Shown in pieces: positions 20,950 to 29,331 of a stretch of 64,000 nucleotides of DNA. The stretch covers positions 1,664,001 to 1,728,000 of the forward strand of contig CAWKKR010000008.1 in the NCBI GenBank assembly GCA_963850305.1. Direction: 5' to 3'. Positions within the stretch are counted from its first letter, which is position 1, and every line of letters starts with the position of its first letter. Both the position numbers and the translations under genes were made by a program. Below the pieces are notes generated by a model. The model ran no database searches, had not been told where the DNA came from, and saw nothing but the letters and a program-made list of their open reading frames with translations. Source of the stretch: an uncultured delta proteobacterium. GTDB lineage: Bacteria; Myxococcota_A; Polyangia; Polyangiales; Polyangiaceae.

Positions 20950-21519
20950 TCACTTCGTGCAGATCAAGTTGGTGCACGCGGTGAAGCCGCAGGTTGCGGC
21001 GTTCGCGTGGTAGAGAAAACAGTCGAAGATATCGAAGCACGTCTCGTTGGCGCATTCGTCCGCGCCGCCGGCCCCCGCCGTGCCGCCAGCCTCTGCGCCG
21101 CCGCTCGAAATGGCCCCGCCGGCCGCCACGTAGCCGCCAGTTCCGTAGCCGCCAGTTCCGTAGCCGCCAGTTCCGTAGCCGCCAGTTCCGTAGCCGCCAG
21201 CGGCGCCACCGGAAGCAATGGAACCACCGACGCCGCTGTCACCGCCGCCGTTCTGCCCGCCACTCGAGTCGTAGCCGCCACTCGAGTCGTAGCCACCGCT
21301 CGAGTTGGTGTACCCACCGCTCGAGTCGTAGCCACCGCTCGAGTTGGTGTACCCGCCGCTCGAGCTGTAGCCGCCGCTCGAGCTGGTGTACCCGCCGCTC
21401 GTGAGATACGAGCTGTAACCCCCCGTATCGGACGTCTGCTCGCCGCTGTTGCCACCGCCGCAGCCGGCCAGAATCAGTAGAGCGAGGGAGCCCGTGAGCA
21501 CCGGACCTGGGAAGCGCAT
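20950..21519 (-). CDS. Lipoprotein with Gly-Gly-Tyr low-complexity repeats and a 6-Cys C-terminal domain
   Basis: Lipobox LAGC; (S/T)GGY repeats; C-terminal CANETCFDIFDC...C...C...C. Confidence 0.75.
   Translation of the reverse strand: MRFPGPVLTGSLALLILAGCGGGNSGEQTSDTGGYSSYLTSGGYTSSSGGYSSSGGYTNSSGGYDSSGGYTNSSGGYDSSGGYDSSGGQNGGGDSGVGGSIASGGAAGGYGTGGYGTGGYGTGGYGTGGYVAAGGAISSGGAEAGGTAGAGGADECANETCFDIFDCFLYHANAATCGFTACTNLICTK
21130..21200. repeat. Perfect 15-bp coding tandem repeat (about 4.7 copies, encodes GGYGT)
   Basis: GTAGCCGCCAGTTCC units starting at 21130, 21145, 21160, 21175 and a partial unit at 21190; further 18/21-bp imperfect repeats at about 21256-21400. Confidence 0.92.
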
Positions 21520-21684
21520 TGCCAGTGCTTTGTACGATAAGCGCAAGTCACGGTCCACCGGCGATGGGCCTTCTCGGGGCCAAACGGCGGACCTCGACGC
21601 GCCGAACCGCGAGGGTGCCGGCGAGGGCATCCTCGCGGCGATTCGAACTGACACTCCCCCCGCAGGGGCAGTGCCGTTAGACGA

Positions 21685-23091
21685 TTACTGGCAGTATTTC
21701 GTGCCGATCACGGTGGGCGAGGCGCCGCAGGTTTGACCGGCAGCGCAGTCGGCGGCGCTGCTGCAGAGCACGTACTTGCCCGTGCCCGTGCAGGTGTCGG
21801 CGCACGCGGTGTCGGTGAGCTGGGGGATGCCGCCGCCCGGGCCGCCACCTGTCGTCGTGGTGCCGCAGCACACCTGGCCGGGGCAGTCGCTCGCCGCCGT
21901 GCAGGCGACCGGGACGGCGCCCCCGGTGCACTGGGCGAGGCAAGAGTAGCTTGTGATGAAGCCGAAGCCGCCACCCGCGGTGACACCGCAGCACTTCTGG
22001 TTCGCGCCGCAGCTCGCGTCGTTCTGACAGCCGATGGTGACGGCGCCGTTGCCGCAGGCTGCTGACGAGCAAGTGTAGGTCGCAGCCGCGCCCTGTCCGA
22101 ATGCCGGCGTGTAGCAGCACGCTTGGCCGCTTCCGCACGTTTGACCGCCGCACGCCACGCCGCTCCCGTTGCAGCTGGCACCGACGCATGCCGCGCAGGT
22201 ATTGGTCGTCGTATCGCAATCCGGGCGACCGGTGACGTTCGCGCAATCGGCGTTGGCCTTGCATTGAACGCACGTGTTGGTCGTCGTGTTGCAGGCAGGG
22301 CGGCCGGTGACGTTCGCACAATCGCCGTCGGCCTCGCACTGGACGCAGGTGCCGGTTGCCGTGTCGCAGACGGCGCCGGCGGCGCCCGCGCCGCCGCAGT
22401 TCGCGTTGCCGAGGCACTGGACGCAGACCGCTCGGGTGGTGTCGCAGTAGGCCGTGGGTGCCCGGCACGTCGCGCTCGACGTGCACTTGTCCACACAAGC
22501 GTGCGTGGTCGTGTTGCAGATCTGTCCGCCGGTGCAGTCGCCGTCCCCGGTACATGCGACGCAGGTGTCCGTGGTGGTGTCGCAGTGCGTGCGTCCACCC
22601 GCTTGTCCCGTGCAGTCCGCTTCCGCCGTGCATTGAACGCAGGTGTGATTCTTGGTGTCGCAGGCGGGCGTTGCGCCCCTGCAATTCGCGTTGCCCGCGC
22701 ACTCGACGCAGGTGCCACCCACGCAGTATCCCGTCGGTGCACTGCAGTCCTGGTCGCCGCTGCAAGTGTTCGCCGCCGCGCCGCCCGCGCCCGCGTTCCC
22801 GGCGCCTCCGGTTCCGATGCCTCCGTCAGCACCTCCGGTTCCGCCGGTTGCCACGCCCCCGCCCGTCGAGCCGAGCGCTCCACCGGCGCCCACGGTGGTA
22901 CCCCCCTGTCCAGTGGCGCCGCCCAGCGAGCTCCCGCCGGAGCCGGGTACTGCACCGCCACCGTCCGTTCCGGCACCGCCGTTGTTGCCGCCGGCGGAGT
23001 TCGTACTCGAACCGCCGCACGCTGCGACCGCGCCGCCGAGAACCGCCATGCAGACCCAAGCCAGACGAATGGAGCCGTTGGAAAGCATCAT
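21685..23091 (-). CDS. Cys-rich repeat surface lipoprotein (myxobacterial type)
   Basis: Lipobox VAAC, Gly-rich linker, about 8 CVxCxxxxDC...CDTTTxT repeats, then CC-containing modules. Confidence 0.8.
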   Translation of the reverse strand: MMLSNGSIRLAWVCMAVLGGAVAACGGSSTNSAGGNNGGAGTDGGGAVPGSGGSSLGGATGQGGTTVGAGGALGSTGGGVATGGTGGADGGIGTGGAGNAGAGGAAANTCSGDQDCSAPTGYCVGGTCVECAGNANCRGATPACDTKNHTCVQCTAEADCTGQAGGRTHCDTTTDTCVACTGDGDCTGGQICNTTTHACVDKCTSSATCRAPTAYCDTTRAVCVQCLGNANCGGAGAAGAVCDTATGTCVQCEADGDCANVTGRPACNTTTNTCVQCKANADCANVTGRPDCDTTTNTCAACVGASCNGSGVACGGQTCGSGQACCYTPAFGQGAAATYTCSSAACGNGAVTIGCQNDASCGANQKCCGVTAGGGFGFITSYSCLAQCTGGAVPVACTAASDCPGQVCCGTTTTGGGPGGGIPQLTDTACADTCTGTGKYVLCSSAADCAAGQTCGASPTVIGTKYCQ

Positions 23092-23148
23092 CGGGACCTC
23101 GCTCGAAAAGAGAGATCCAGATTTCACCTCAATCTTCGGCCCGCGTCG

Positions 23149-23670
23149 CTACCCAATGGACTCGACCCCTCGGATCTGAAGCAAATTGAGCTCTGAAGCA
23201 CCCGCACGTTTTTTCCTACAACCGATTTTTCTAGGGAGCATGGACTCATATCTAGGGCGACCGCTGGCGAGCACCGCTTCCAGTGCGCCAACCATCGCGG
23301 GACCGACCGTCTTCAGCTGATCGCGATGGAGTGTGGATAGCCGGACGAGGAGTGTCATGCCTCGTGCGGTCAGCCGCAGGAGGACTTCGCGCCGGTCCGG
23401 AGACGTGCGGTCGCGCCGCAAGAGTCCCTGTGCCTCGAGCTTGTCCACGAGGGCGACGGTGGTGTGATGCTGCACGCAGAGTCGTTCGGCGACGGCGCCG
23501 ATCGTTGGCCGCTGGTTCGCGGGCAAGCCGCGGAGCGCGAGGAGCAATTGATGTTGCTGAGGTTCGATACCCGCCTCGCGCGCGGCGCGCTCGCTGAACG
23601 CCAGGAACTTGCGGATCTCGTAACGGAAGGTCGCGAGCGCCCGGTAGTCGGAGGTCGAGACTCTCGGCAT
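23149..23670 (-). CDS. MarR-family transcriptional regulator
   Basis: DYRALATFRYEIRKFL, QQHQLLL, AERL...LVDKLEAQGLLRR, DRREVLLRLT; TGATG overlap with the upstream gene. Confidence 0.88.
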   Translation of the reverse strand: MPRVSTSDYRALATFRYEIRKFLAFSERAAREAGIEPQQHQLLLALRGLPANQRPTIGAVAERLCVQHHTTVALVDKLEAQGLLRRDRTSPDRREVLLRLTARGMTLLVRLSTLHRDQLKTVGPAMVGALEAVLASGRPRYESMLPRKIGCRKKRAGASELNLLQIRGVESIG

Positions 23671-25100
23671 CAGCTGGCCGCCTCGAGAGCGACGGGTTTC
23701 TTCAGACTCGCGATGAGCTGGCCGAGCTCGCTCTTGCATGAGCCGCACCCGGTGCCCGCCCGGGTGACCTCGCCGAGCGCGGCGACCGAGTCCGCTCCGC
23801 GGTCGATGGCTTCGCGCAGCACGCTCTCACTGACTCGCTGGCAATTGCACACCACGCGATCGAGTCCGGACGCTCGATCCCGCACCTTGCAGAGCACGGC
23901 CAGCGGATCGTCGGGCAATAGATCCCCGCGATCGAAGATCTGCACGAGCTCCGCCGTCGCGGTGGTGTTGCCGACCAGCATGGCGCCGACGAGCTGCCCG
24001 TCGCGTACGATGAGTTTGCGGTACGCGCTGCGCCGATCTTCGATGATCTGGAACACCTCGTCGCTTTCGAGCTCGGCCTCGAGGCTGCCCATCGAGGCGA
24101 CGTCGACGCCCGCGACCTTCAGGCGCGTGTAGAGCTTGGTTCCGCCGTATCGGGACAGCGGCTTCATCCCGCTGAGCACGTCGGAAAGAACGCTCGCCTG
24201 CTCCCAGACGGGAGTCACGATGCCGTAAGTCCTGCCACGGTGTTCCGCGCATTCGCCGAACGCGTACACGGACGCGACGGGCGTCGCGAGCACGTCGTTC
24301 ACGACGATTCCCTTGTTGACGGGGAGCGCGGAGGCTTTCGCTACGTCGACGCGCGGTCGCACGCCGCACGCGAGCACGATCATGTCCGCCGATAGGGTCG
24401 TGCCATCGTCGAGGACGACGCCCTGGATGCGCTCCTCGCCGTACACGGCTTCGACAGTCCTGCCGATGCGCACGAATACGCCGGCTTTTTCGATCTGGCG
24501 CCGCAGCATCTCGCCGCCGATTCCATCGAGCTGGGTGTTCATGAGTGTCTGGGCGACGTGAACGACCGTGACGTGCAGACCGAGGTCGACGAGCACCTTG
24601 GCCGCTTCCAGTCCGAGCAGCCCCCCGCCGAGCACGACGGCCGCGTCACCCGGGCGTGCATGCGTGCGCATGCGGATGCAGTCGCCGATCGTTCGATAGA
24701 CGAATCCTCCGCGGCGCAGCTCACCGTCTTCGCCGAGCAGGCCTTCCAGCGGCGGGACCAGGGGTTGGCTACCCGTCGCCAGCACGGCGAGGTCATAGCG
24801 GCGAGTGAGTCCGTCTTCCGTCTCGACGTTCTTCCGCAGCGTGTCGAGTCGCTTCACACGCGTCGTCGCGAGGAGACGCATCCCGTGACGGTCGTACCAC
24901 TCCGGTGTCTTCGTCACGATCGAGCTCGGGTCGTCGCCGCCGAGCACCTTGCCGAGCTGGATGCGGTTGTATGCGCCGCCCCGCTCTTCTCCGTACACCG
25001 TGACGTCGTAGAGCTCGTGACCGCCGCGGGCGACGAGCTCGTCCAGGAGCCGGCACGTGCCCATGCCGTTTCCAATGATGGCCAACCGTTTCTTGGACAT
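23670..25100 (-). CDS. NAD(P)H/FAD oxidoreductase with BFD-like [2Fe-2S] domain; NasB-like electron-transfer subunit of assimilatory nitrate reductase
   Basis: IIGNGMG, YNRI, LATGS, GGGLLGLEAA, GECAEH, TRLKVAGVD, C-terminal CNC...TRAGTGCGSC; no siroheme domain. Confidence 0.85.
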   Translation of the reverse strand: MSKKRLAIIGNGMGTCRLLDELVARGGHELYDVTVYGEERGGAYNRIQLGKVLGGDDPSSIVTKTPEWYDRHGMRLLATTRVKRLDTLRKNVETEDGLTRRYDLAVLATGSQPLVPPLEGLLGEDGELRRGGFVYRTIGDCIRMRTHARPGDAAVVLGGGLLGLEAAKVLVDLGLHVTVVHVAQTLMNTQLDGIGGEMLRRQIEKAGVFVRIGRTVEAVYGEERIQGVVLDDGTTLSADMIVLACGVRPRVDVAKASALPVNKGIVVNDVLATPVASVYAFGECAEHRGRTYGIVTPVWEQASVLSDVLSGMKPLSRYGGTKLYTRLKVAGVDVASMGSLEAELESDEVFQIIEDRRSAYRKLIVRDGQLVGAMLVGNTTATAELVQIFDRGDLLPDDPLAVLCKVRDRASGLDRVVCNCQRVSESVLREAIDRGADSVAALGEVTRAGTGCGSCKSELGQLIASLKKPVALEAAS

Positions 25101-25106
25101 CGCCGT

Positions 25107-27236
25107 TCACCCCTGGCTCTCGAGACGAGGATTGAGGGCGCGGGCTCGCACCGCGCAGACTTTGAACTCGGGCATTCGACTCGTAGGGTCGAGCGCCGGG
25201 ATCGTGAGCACGTTCGCCGCTTGCTTTCCGCCCCAGTGAAATGGCGCGAACAGGGTGTCCCGGCGAATGTCGGGGGAGACCGTCGCGGAGAAGCGAACCT
25301 CGCCCCGACGGCTCTGAACCAGCACGGCATCGCCCTCTGCCACTCCGAGGTGTGTCGCGAGTTCGGGATTCATTTCCAGGCGCGGTTCGCCCTTCGCGGC
25401 GACGAGCTCGGGGACGCGACGCGTTTGCGCCCCGGAGTTGTAGTGTTCCTTGTATCGCCCCGTCGTGAAGTAGAGCGGGTACTCGTCGTCGGGCACTTCC
25501 GCGGCCGGGCGGTACCTCACCGGGTGAAAGCGCGCGAGCCCCGACGGATGCGCGAAGCGCTCCTCGAAGAGCCGCGGCGTCCCCGGGTGATCGAGCGCCG
25601 GACAGGGCCAAAAAACCCCATTCTGTTCCTTCAACTTCTCGTAAGTGATGCCGCTGTAGTCGGCGAGCCCGCCCGCGGTCGCGCGCCGGAACTCGTCGAA
25701 GACCTCTCGGGAGGATTCGAACGAAAACCCTCGGGTGCAGCCGAGTCGTGACGCGAGCGCACACAGCACCTCGATATCGGTCCTCACGGAAGGGGGCGGC
25801 GCTTGCACGCGCTGCCTCAGGAGGACGCGCCCCTCGAGGTTCGTCATGGTTCCCTCTTCCTCGGCCCAGGCCGTGGTCGGCAGCACGACGTGCGCGGCGG
25901 CGGAGGTTTCGTTCTCGAAGGCGTCCGCGACGACGAGTAGCTCCAGCGATTCCAGCCGCCGGATGACGTGCGACGCGTTCGGCGACGCCACGGCGACGTT
26001 CGAGCCGAAGACCAGGAGCGCTCGGACGCCACCTTCGGGACCGAGCGCGTCGAGCAACTCGTACGCGCTCTTCCCCTTGCGGGGGAGGTCATCGGGCAGG
26101 ATTGCCCACACTCGCGCGATCTGTTCGCGATGCGCCGAGTCTTCGATCAGACGATACCCGGGGAGCTGATCCGCTTTCTGTCCGTGCTCGCGTCCGCCTT
26201 GACCGTTGCCCTGACCGGTCAGACAGCCATAGCCGCTCGCGGGCTTCCCGACCTTGCCGAGGGCGAGCATCAGGTTGATGAGCGCGAGCACCGTATCCGT
26301 GCCCTTCGACTGCTGTTCTGCGCCGCGACCCGACAGCACCATGCTGGCTTCGGCGGCTGCGAGCATGCGGACGGCCGCGAGCTGATGCTCGATCGGAACG
26401 CCGGTGAGCCGCTCCACGAACGCCGGCTGGCTCGTGAGCACGCCGCGCCGCACGTCGTCGAAGCCCTCCGTCCGCCGCTCGATGTAATCGTGGTCGACGA
26501 GTTTTTCTTCGATTGCCAGATGAAGGAGACCGTTGGCGAGCGCGAGATCAGTCCCCGGCGTCAGCTGCAGGTGAAGCGTTGCGGCCCGCGCGGTGTCTGT
26601 GCGCCGTGGATCGACGACGATGAGGTCGCCGCCGCGGTTCTTCTGCTCGAAGATCCACTGCATGATTGGCGGCATCGTCTCGGCGCAGTTCGAGCCCCAG
26701 AGCATGAGCGCGCCCGTGCTCGCGATGTCTTCGACCGGGAACGGCAACCCGCGGTCGATGCCGAACGCGCGATTCTGCCCCGCCGCCGCGGAGGCCATGC
26801 AGTAGCGACCGTTGTAGTCGATGTTCGGTGACCGGAGCGCGACGCGCACGAACTTGCCGAGCAAGTAAGCCTTTTCGTTCGTCAGGGCGCCGCTACCGAA
26901 TGCGGCCAGGGCTTCGGGACCATGTCGATCGCGGAGCGTTTTCAGTTTCTCCGCGACGAAGTCGAGCGCGGTGTCCCAGTCGACGGGTTCGAGTGTGCCG
27001 CGCTTCGCCCTGAGGAGGGGACCGCGGAGCCTCGCTTCGTGTCCGGCGAGCGCGCCGGCCGTGAAGCCCTTGATGCACATCTGCCCGCGATTGACGGGGA
27101 ATTCGGGATCGGCGCGCACGTCGAGGGGGCGCCCGTCCGCTGGGGTCACCAGCATGCCGCACTGGAACGCGCAATACGGGCAGTGAGTTTTCGTCGTCGT
27201 CGAACGGGGGCTCGCTAGCGACGCGCTTCCAGCCAT
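25107..27236 (-). CDS. Assimilatory nitrate reductase catalytic subunit (Mo-bisPGD, NasC/NasA-like)
   Basis: THCPYCAFQCG...C [4Fe-4S] motif, NGRYCMASA, LTGQGNGQGGREHG, GTMTNLEGR, TTGRY, DPTSRMPEFK. Confidence 0.9.
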   Translation of the reverse strand: MAGSASLASPRSTTTKTHCPYCAFQCGMLVTPADGRPLDVRADPEFPVNRGQMCIKGFTAGALAGHEARLRGPLLRAKRGTLEPVDWDTALDFVAEKLKTLRDRHGPEALAAFGSGALTNEKAYLLGKFVRVALRSPNIDYNGRYCMASAAAGQNRAFGIDRGLPFPVEDIASTGALMLWGSNCAETMPPIMQWIFEQKNRGGDLIVVDPRRTDTARAATLHLQLTPGTDLALANGLLHLAIEEKLVDHDYIERRTEGFDDVRRGVLTSQPAFVERLTGVPIEHQLAAVRMLAAAEASMVLSGRGAEQQSKGTDTVLALINLMLALGKVGKPASGYGCLTGQGNGQGGREHGQKADQLPGYRLIEDSAHREQIARVWAILPDDLPRKGKSAYELLDALGPEGGVRALLVFGSNVAVASPNASHVIRRLESLELLVVADAFENETSAAAHVVLPTTAWAEEEGTMTNLEGRVLLRQRVQAPPPSVRTDIEVLCALASRLGCTRGFSFESSREVFDEFRRATAGGLADYSGITYEKLKEQNGVFWPCPALDHPGTPRLFEERFAHPSGLARFHPVRYRPAAEVPDDEYPLYFTTGRYKEHYNSGAQTRRVPELVAAKGEPRLEMNPELATHLGVAEGDAVLVQSRRGEVRFSATVSPDIRRDTLFAPFHWGGKQAANVLTIPALDPTSRMPEFKVCAVRARALNPRLESQG

Positions 27237-27295
27237 GCGTCGACGAATCTAGCCGCGGTCACGTTTCGCGCCGGTGTCCCCGACGATTAAATTTC

Positions 27296-27324
27296 ATCGA
27301 TCGTCGATACTATCGTCGATCGAT
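27296..27324. promoter_or_regulatory. 29-bp near-perfect palindrome, candidate repressor operator
   Basis: ATCGATCGTCGATA-C-TATCGTCGATCGAT (14-bp arms, 1 mismatch), 60 bp upstream of the nitrate reductase start. Confidence 0.55.
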
Positions 27325-27470
27325 ATCCGCGCGTTCGGCGAGCGCGACACGTCGAGACGTCGATGTCCGAACGTGCGCACATCGGTGACGAGGAGACCGA
27401 GATCACTCACGGTCACTTGGTGGAAACATTCACGCAAGCGAAGCGCGCGACAATCTTGTCACTCCCGCCA

Positions 27471-29039
27471 ATGAAGAGAGCCCTCGCTTTCGAGCCTCTG
27501 GAACGTTCCGGCCGCGCGTTGCTTCCGCCGACACCCGCCTCCGAACAGCTGCTCGCGGTTGCCGAGATCGGGCGGGAGCTCGCTCAAGCGGACGATCCGG
27601 AGTTCCGCCTTTCGCGCAGCCTGCGAGCGCTCGAGCGACGACTCGGTGCGACCCGGAGCGTGGTCTACCTCGTCGACCACGAACGACGGTCGCTCGTGGT
27701 CGAAGCCGCGCACGGCATCGAGACACAGCAATTTCGGCCTCGCTACGGGCGCGGTGTCGCGGGGCGGGTTGCCGCGGGTGGACAGCCCGTCATCGTACCG
27801 GTGGTCCGACACGACGCCATGGCGCTCTCCGAATTGTCCGACGTGACGCGCTGGTCCGAGGCAGGCTGGAACCTCGTGGCCGTGCCCGTCGCACCGGGCG
27901 GGCCGCGAACGGCGGTCCTCTGTGCCTATTTCCGCCATCGAGACTCGAGCGGCTTCGCCGGGCGAATCGGCGCGCTGGACGTCGCGGGCGCGCTCATCTG
28001 GAAAGCCGTCCTCGGAAAGGGAGGGCCCGCGCCGCGCGTGACGCCGCCGGTGAAAGAGGGGAGTCCGCGGGCCACGCCGGCAGCGTTCGAGTACGCCAAC
28101 ATGATCGGCGCCAGCCAGCCGATGCTGCAGCTGTACGAGCAGGTCGGCCAGGTGGCGCGCACCAACGCGACCGCGCTGTTACTCGGTGAGTCCGGCACGG
28201 GGAAAGAGCTCGTAGCCCAGGCGATCCACCGCAACTCACCGCGGGCCGCGATGCCGTTCGTGAAGGTCAACTGCGCGGCGCTCCCGGACACGCTCTTCGA
28301 GTCCGAGCTGTTCGGGCACGAAAAGGGAGCGTTCACGGGGGCCCTCACCCGCCGCAAGGGACGCTTCGAGCTTGCTCAGGGCGGCACGCTGTTCCTCGAC
28401 GAGATCGGAGAGCTGACGCTTCAAGCACAAGCCAAGCTGCTTCGGGCGTTGCAGTTCCGCGAGTTCGAGCGCCTCGGTGGGACCGAGACGCTCCGCACCG
28501 ACGTGCGCGTCGTGGCCGCGACGAACCTCGATCTGGAGCAGGCCGTGCGCCAGGGCAGGTTCCGGGAGGATCTCTTCTACCGGATCAACGTATTCACCCT
28601 GGCCTTGCCGCCCCTCCGGGAGAGAAAGGCCGACATCCCGGCGCTCTCGGAGTACTTCGTGGCGCGGCTGGCGGCGGAGCACAGCCGCCGGATCAGTCGA
28701 GTCTCGAGCGCCGCGCTCGACGTTCTCAAGGAGCACTCCTGGCCAGGCAACGTGCGCGAACTCGAGAACGTCATCGAACGGGCCGTGGTCGTCTGCGACG
28801 GGGAGGTGATTCAGGAGCGCCACCTACCGCTCCCGGTGCGGGCAAACGAGCAAGTAGCGGGGGACCGCGTGACGCTCGACGAAGCGGTCGAACGGCTCGA
28901 ACGCCGCCTGGTGGAGGCCGCGCTTCGTGACGAGAAGGGCAGCATAAGCGGCGCCGCGCGGCTGCTGGGGACGACGGAACGGATCCTTCGTTACAAGATC
29001 CGCAAGCTGAGGCTCGATGCCGCGCGCTTTCGCGCGTGA
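27471..29039 (+). CDS. NifA-type sigma54 enhancer-binding protein (GAF-AAA+-HTH)
   Basis: GAF-like N-terminus (GRGVAGRVA), GESGTGKE, ESELFGHEKGAFTGA, LFLDEIGE, FREDLFYR, WPGNVRELEN, C-terminal HTH. Start could be further upstream (27363). Confidence 0.9.
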   Translation: MKRALAFEPLERSGRALLPPTPASEQLLAVAEIGRELAQADDPEFRLSRSLRALERRLGATRSVVYLVDHERRSLVVEAAHGIETQQFRPRYGRGVAGRVAAGGQPVIVPVVRHDAMALSELSDVTRWSEAGWNLVAVPVAPGGPRTAVLCAYFRHRDSSGFAGRIGALDVAGALIWKAVLGKGGPAPRVTPPVKEGSPRATPAAFEYANMIGASQPMLQLYEQVGQVARTNATALLLGESGTGKELVAQAIHRNSPRAAMPFVKVNCAALPDTLFESELFGHEKGAFTGALTRRKGRFELAQGGTLFLDEIGELTLQAQAKLLRALQFREFERLGGTETLRTDVRVVAATNLDLEQAVRQGRFREDLFYRINVFTLALPPLRERKADIPALSEYFVARLAAEHSRRISRVSSAALDVLKEHSWPGNVRELENVIERAVVVCDGEVIQERHLPLPVRANEQVAGDRVTLDEAVERLERRLVEAALRDEKGSISGAARLLGTTERILRYKIRKLRLDAARFRA

Positions 29040-29146
29040 GCCGACGACCCGTACCACGCCTTCGATTCCAGGCGCGCAGACCGGGTGCGCCGGGATGGTC
29101 CTGCGCGATGTTTCATGCCGAAACACGAGCCGATCTATGGCCAGTT

Positions 29147-29190
29147 CACATTTTTGTCGGACCCCCCGGAAGCCCTCCGACGAAATTGTC
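29147..29190. promoter_or_regulatory. Paired candidate activator binding sites, consensus GAC(A/G)-N4-TGTC
   Basis: CACATTTTTGTC (29147) and GACGAAATTGTC (29179), 32 bp apart and 80-120 bp upstream of a sigma54 site; further copies at 27356 and 27449. Confidence 0.6.
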
Positions 29191-29267
29191 TCGAGCCCCA
29201 AAGCGGCAGTTTTCACCGGTGTTTCGCGGCTCTCGAAACGCCGGGCGATTCGAGAAAGCGCTGCGTG

Positions 29268-29283
29268 AGGCACGCTCGTTGCA
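29268..29283 (+). promoter_or_regulatory. sigma54 -24/-12 promoter of the hemD-like/nirBD/moeA/mobA operon
   Basis: AGGCACGCTCGTTGCA matches GGCACG-N4-TTGCA; directly downstream of a GAFTGA activator gene. Confidence 0.85.
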
Positions 29284-29331
29284 AATCGTCACCTTCAGGA
29301 TGGCCTTCCCAACACGTGCTCGTTTCCTTGA

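Noticed and set aside
21130..21400. Repeats as a possible CRISPR array
   Set aside because: Head-to-tail units in multiples of 3 with no unique spacers, inside a CDS; no cas genes.
23670..25100. Second or truncated nirB pseudogene
   Set aside because: Ends cleanly after the BFD domain and is coupled to the nitrate reductase, as expected for a NasB-type diaphorase.
27471..29039. Nitrogen fixation (nifA)
   Set aside because: Architecture is NifA-like but no nif genes are present; flanking genes are for nitrate/nitrite assimilation.
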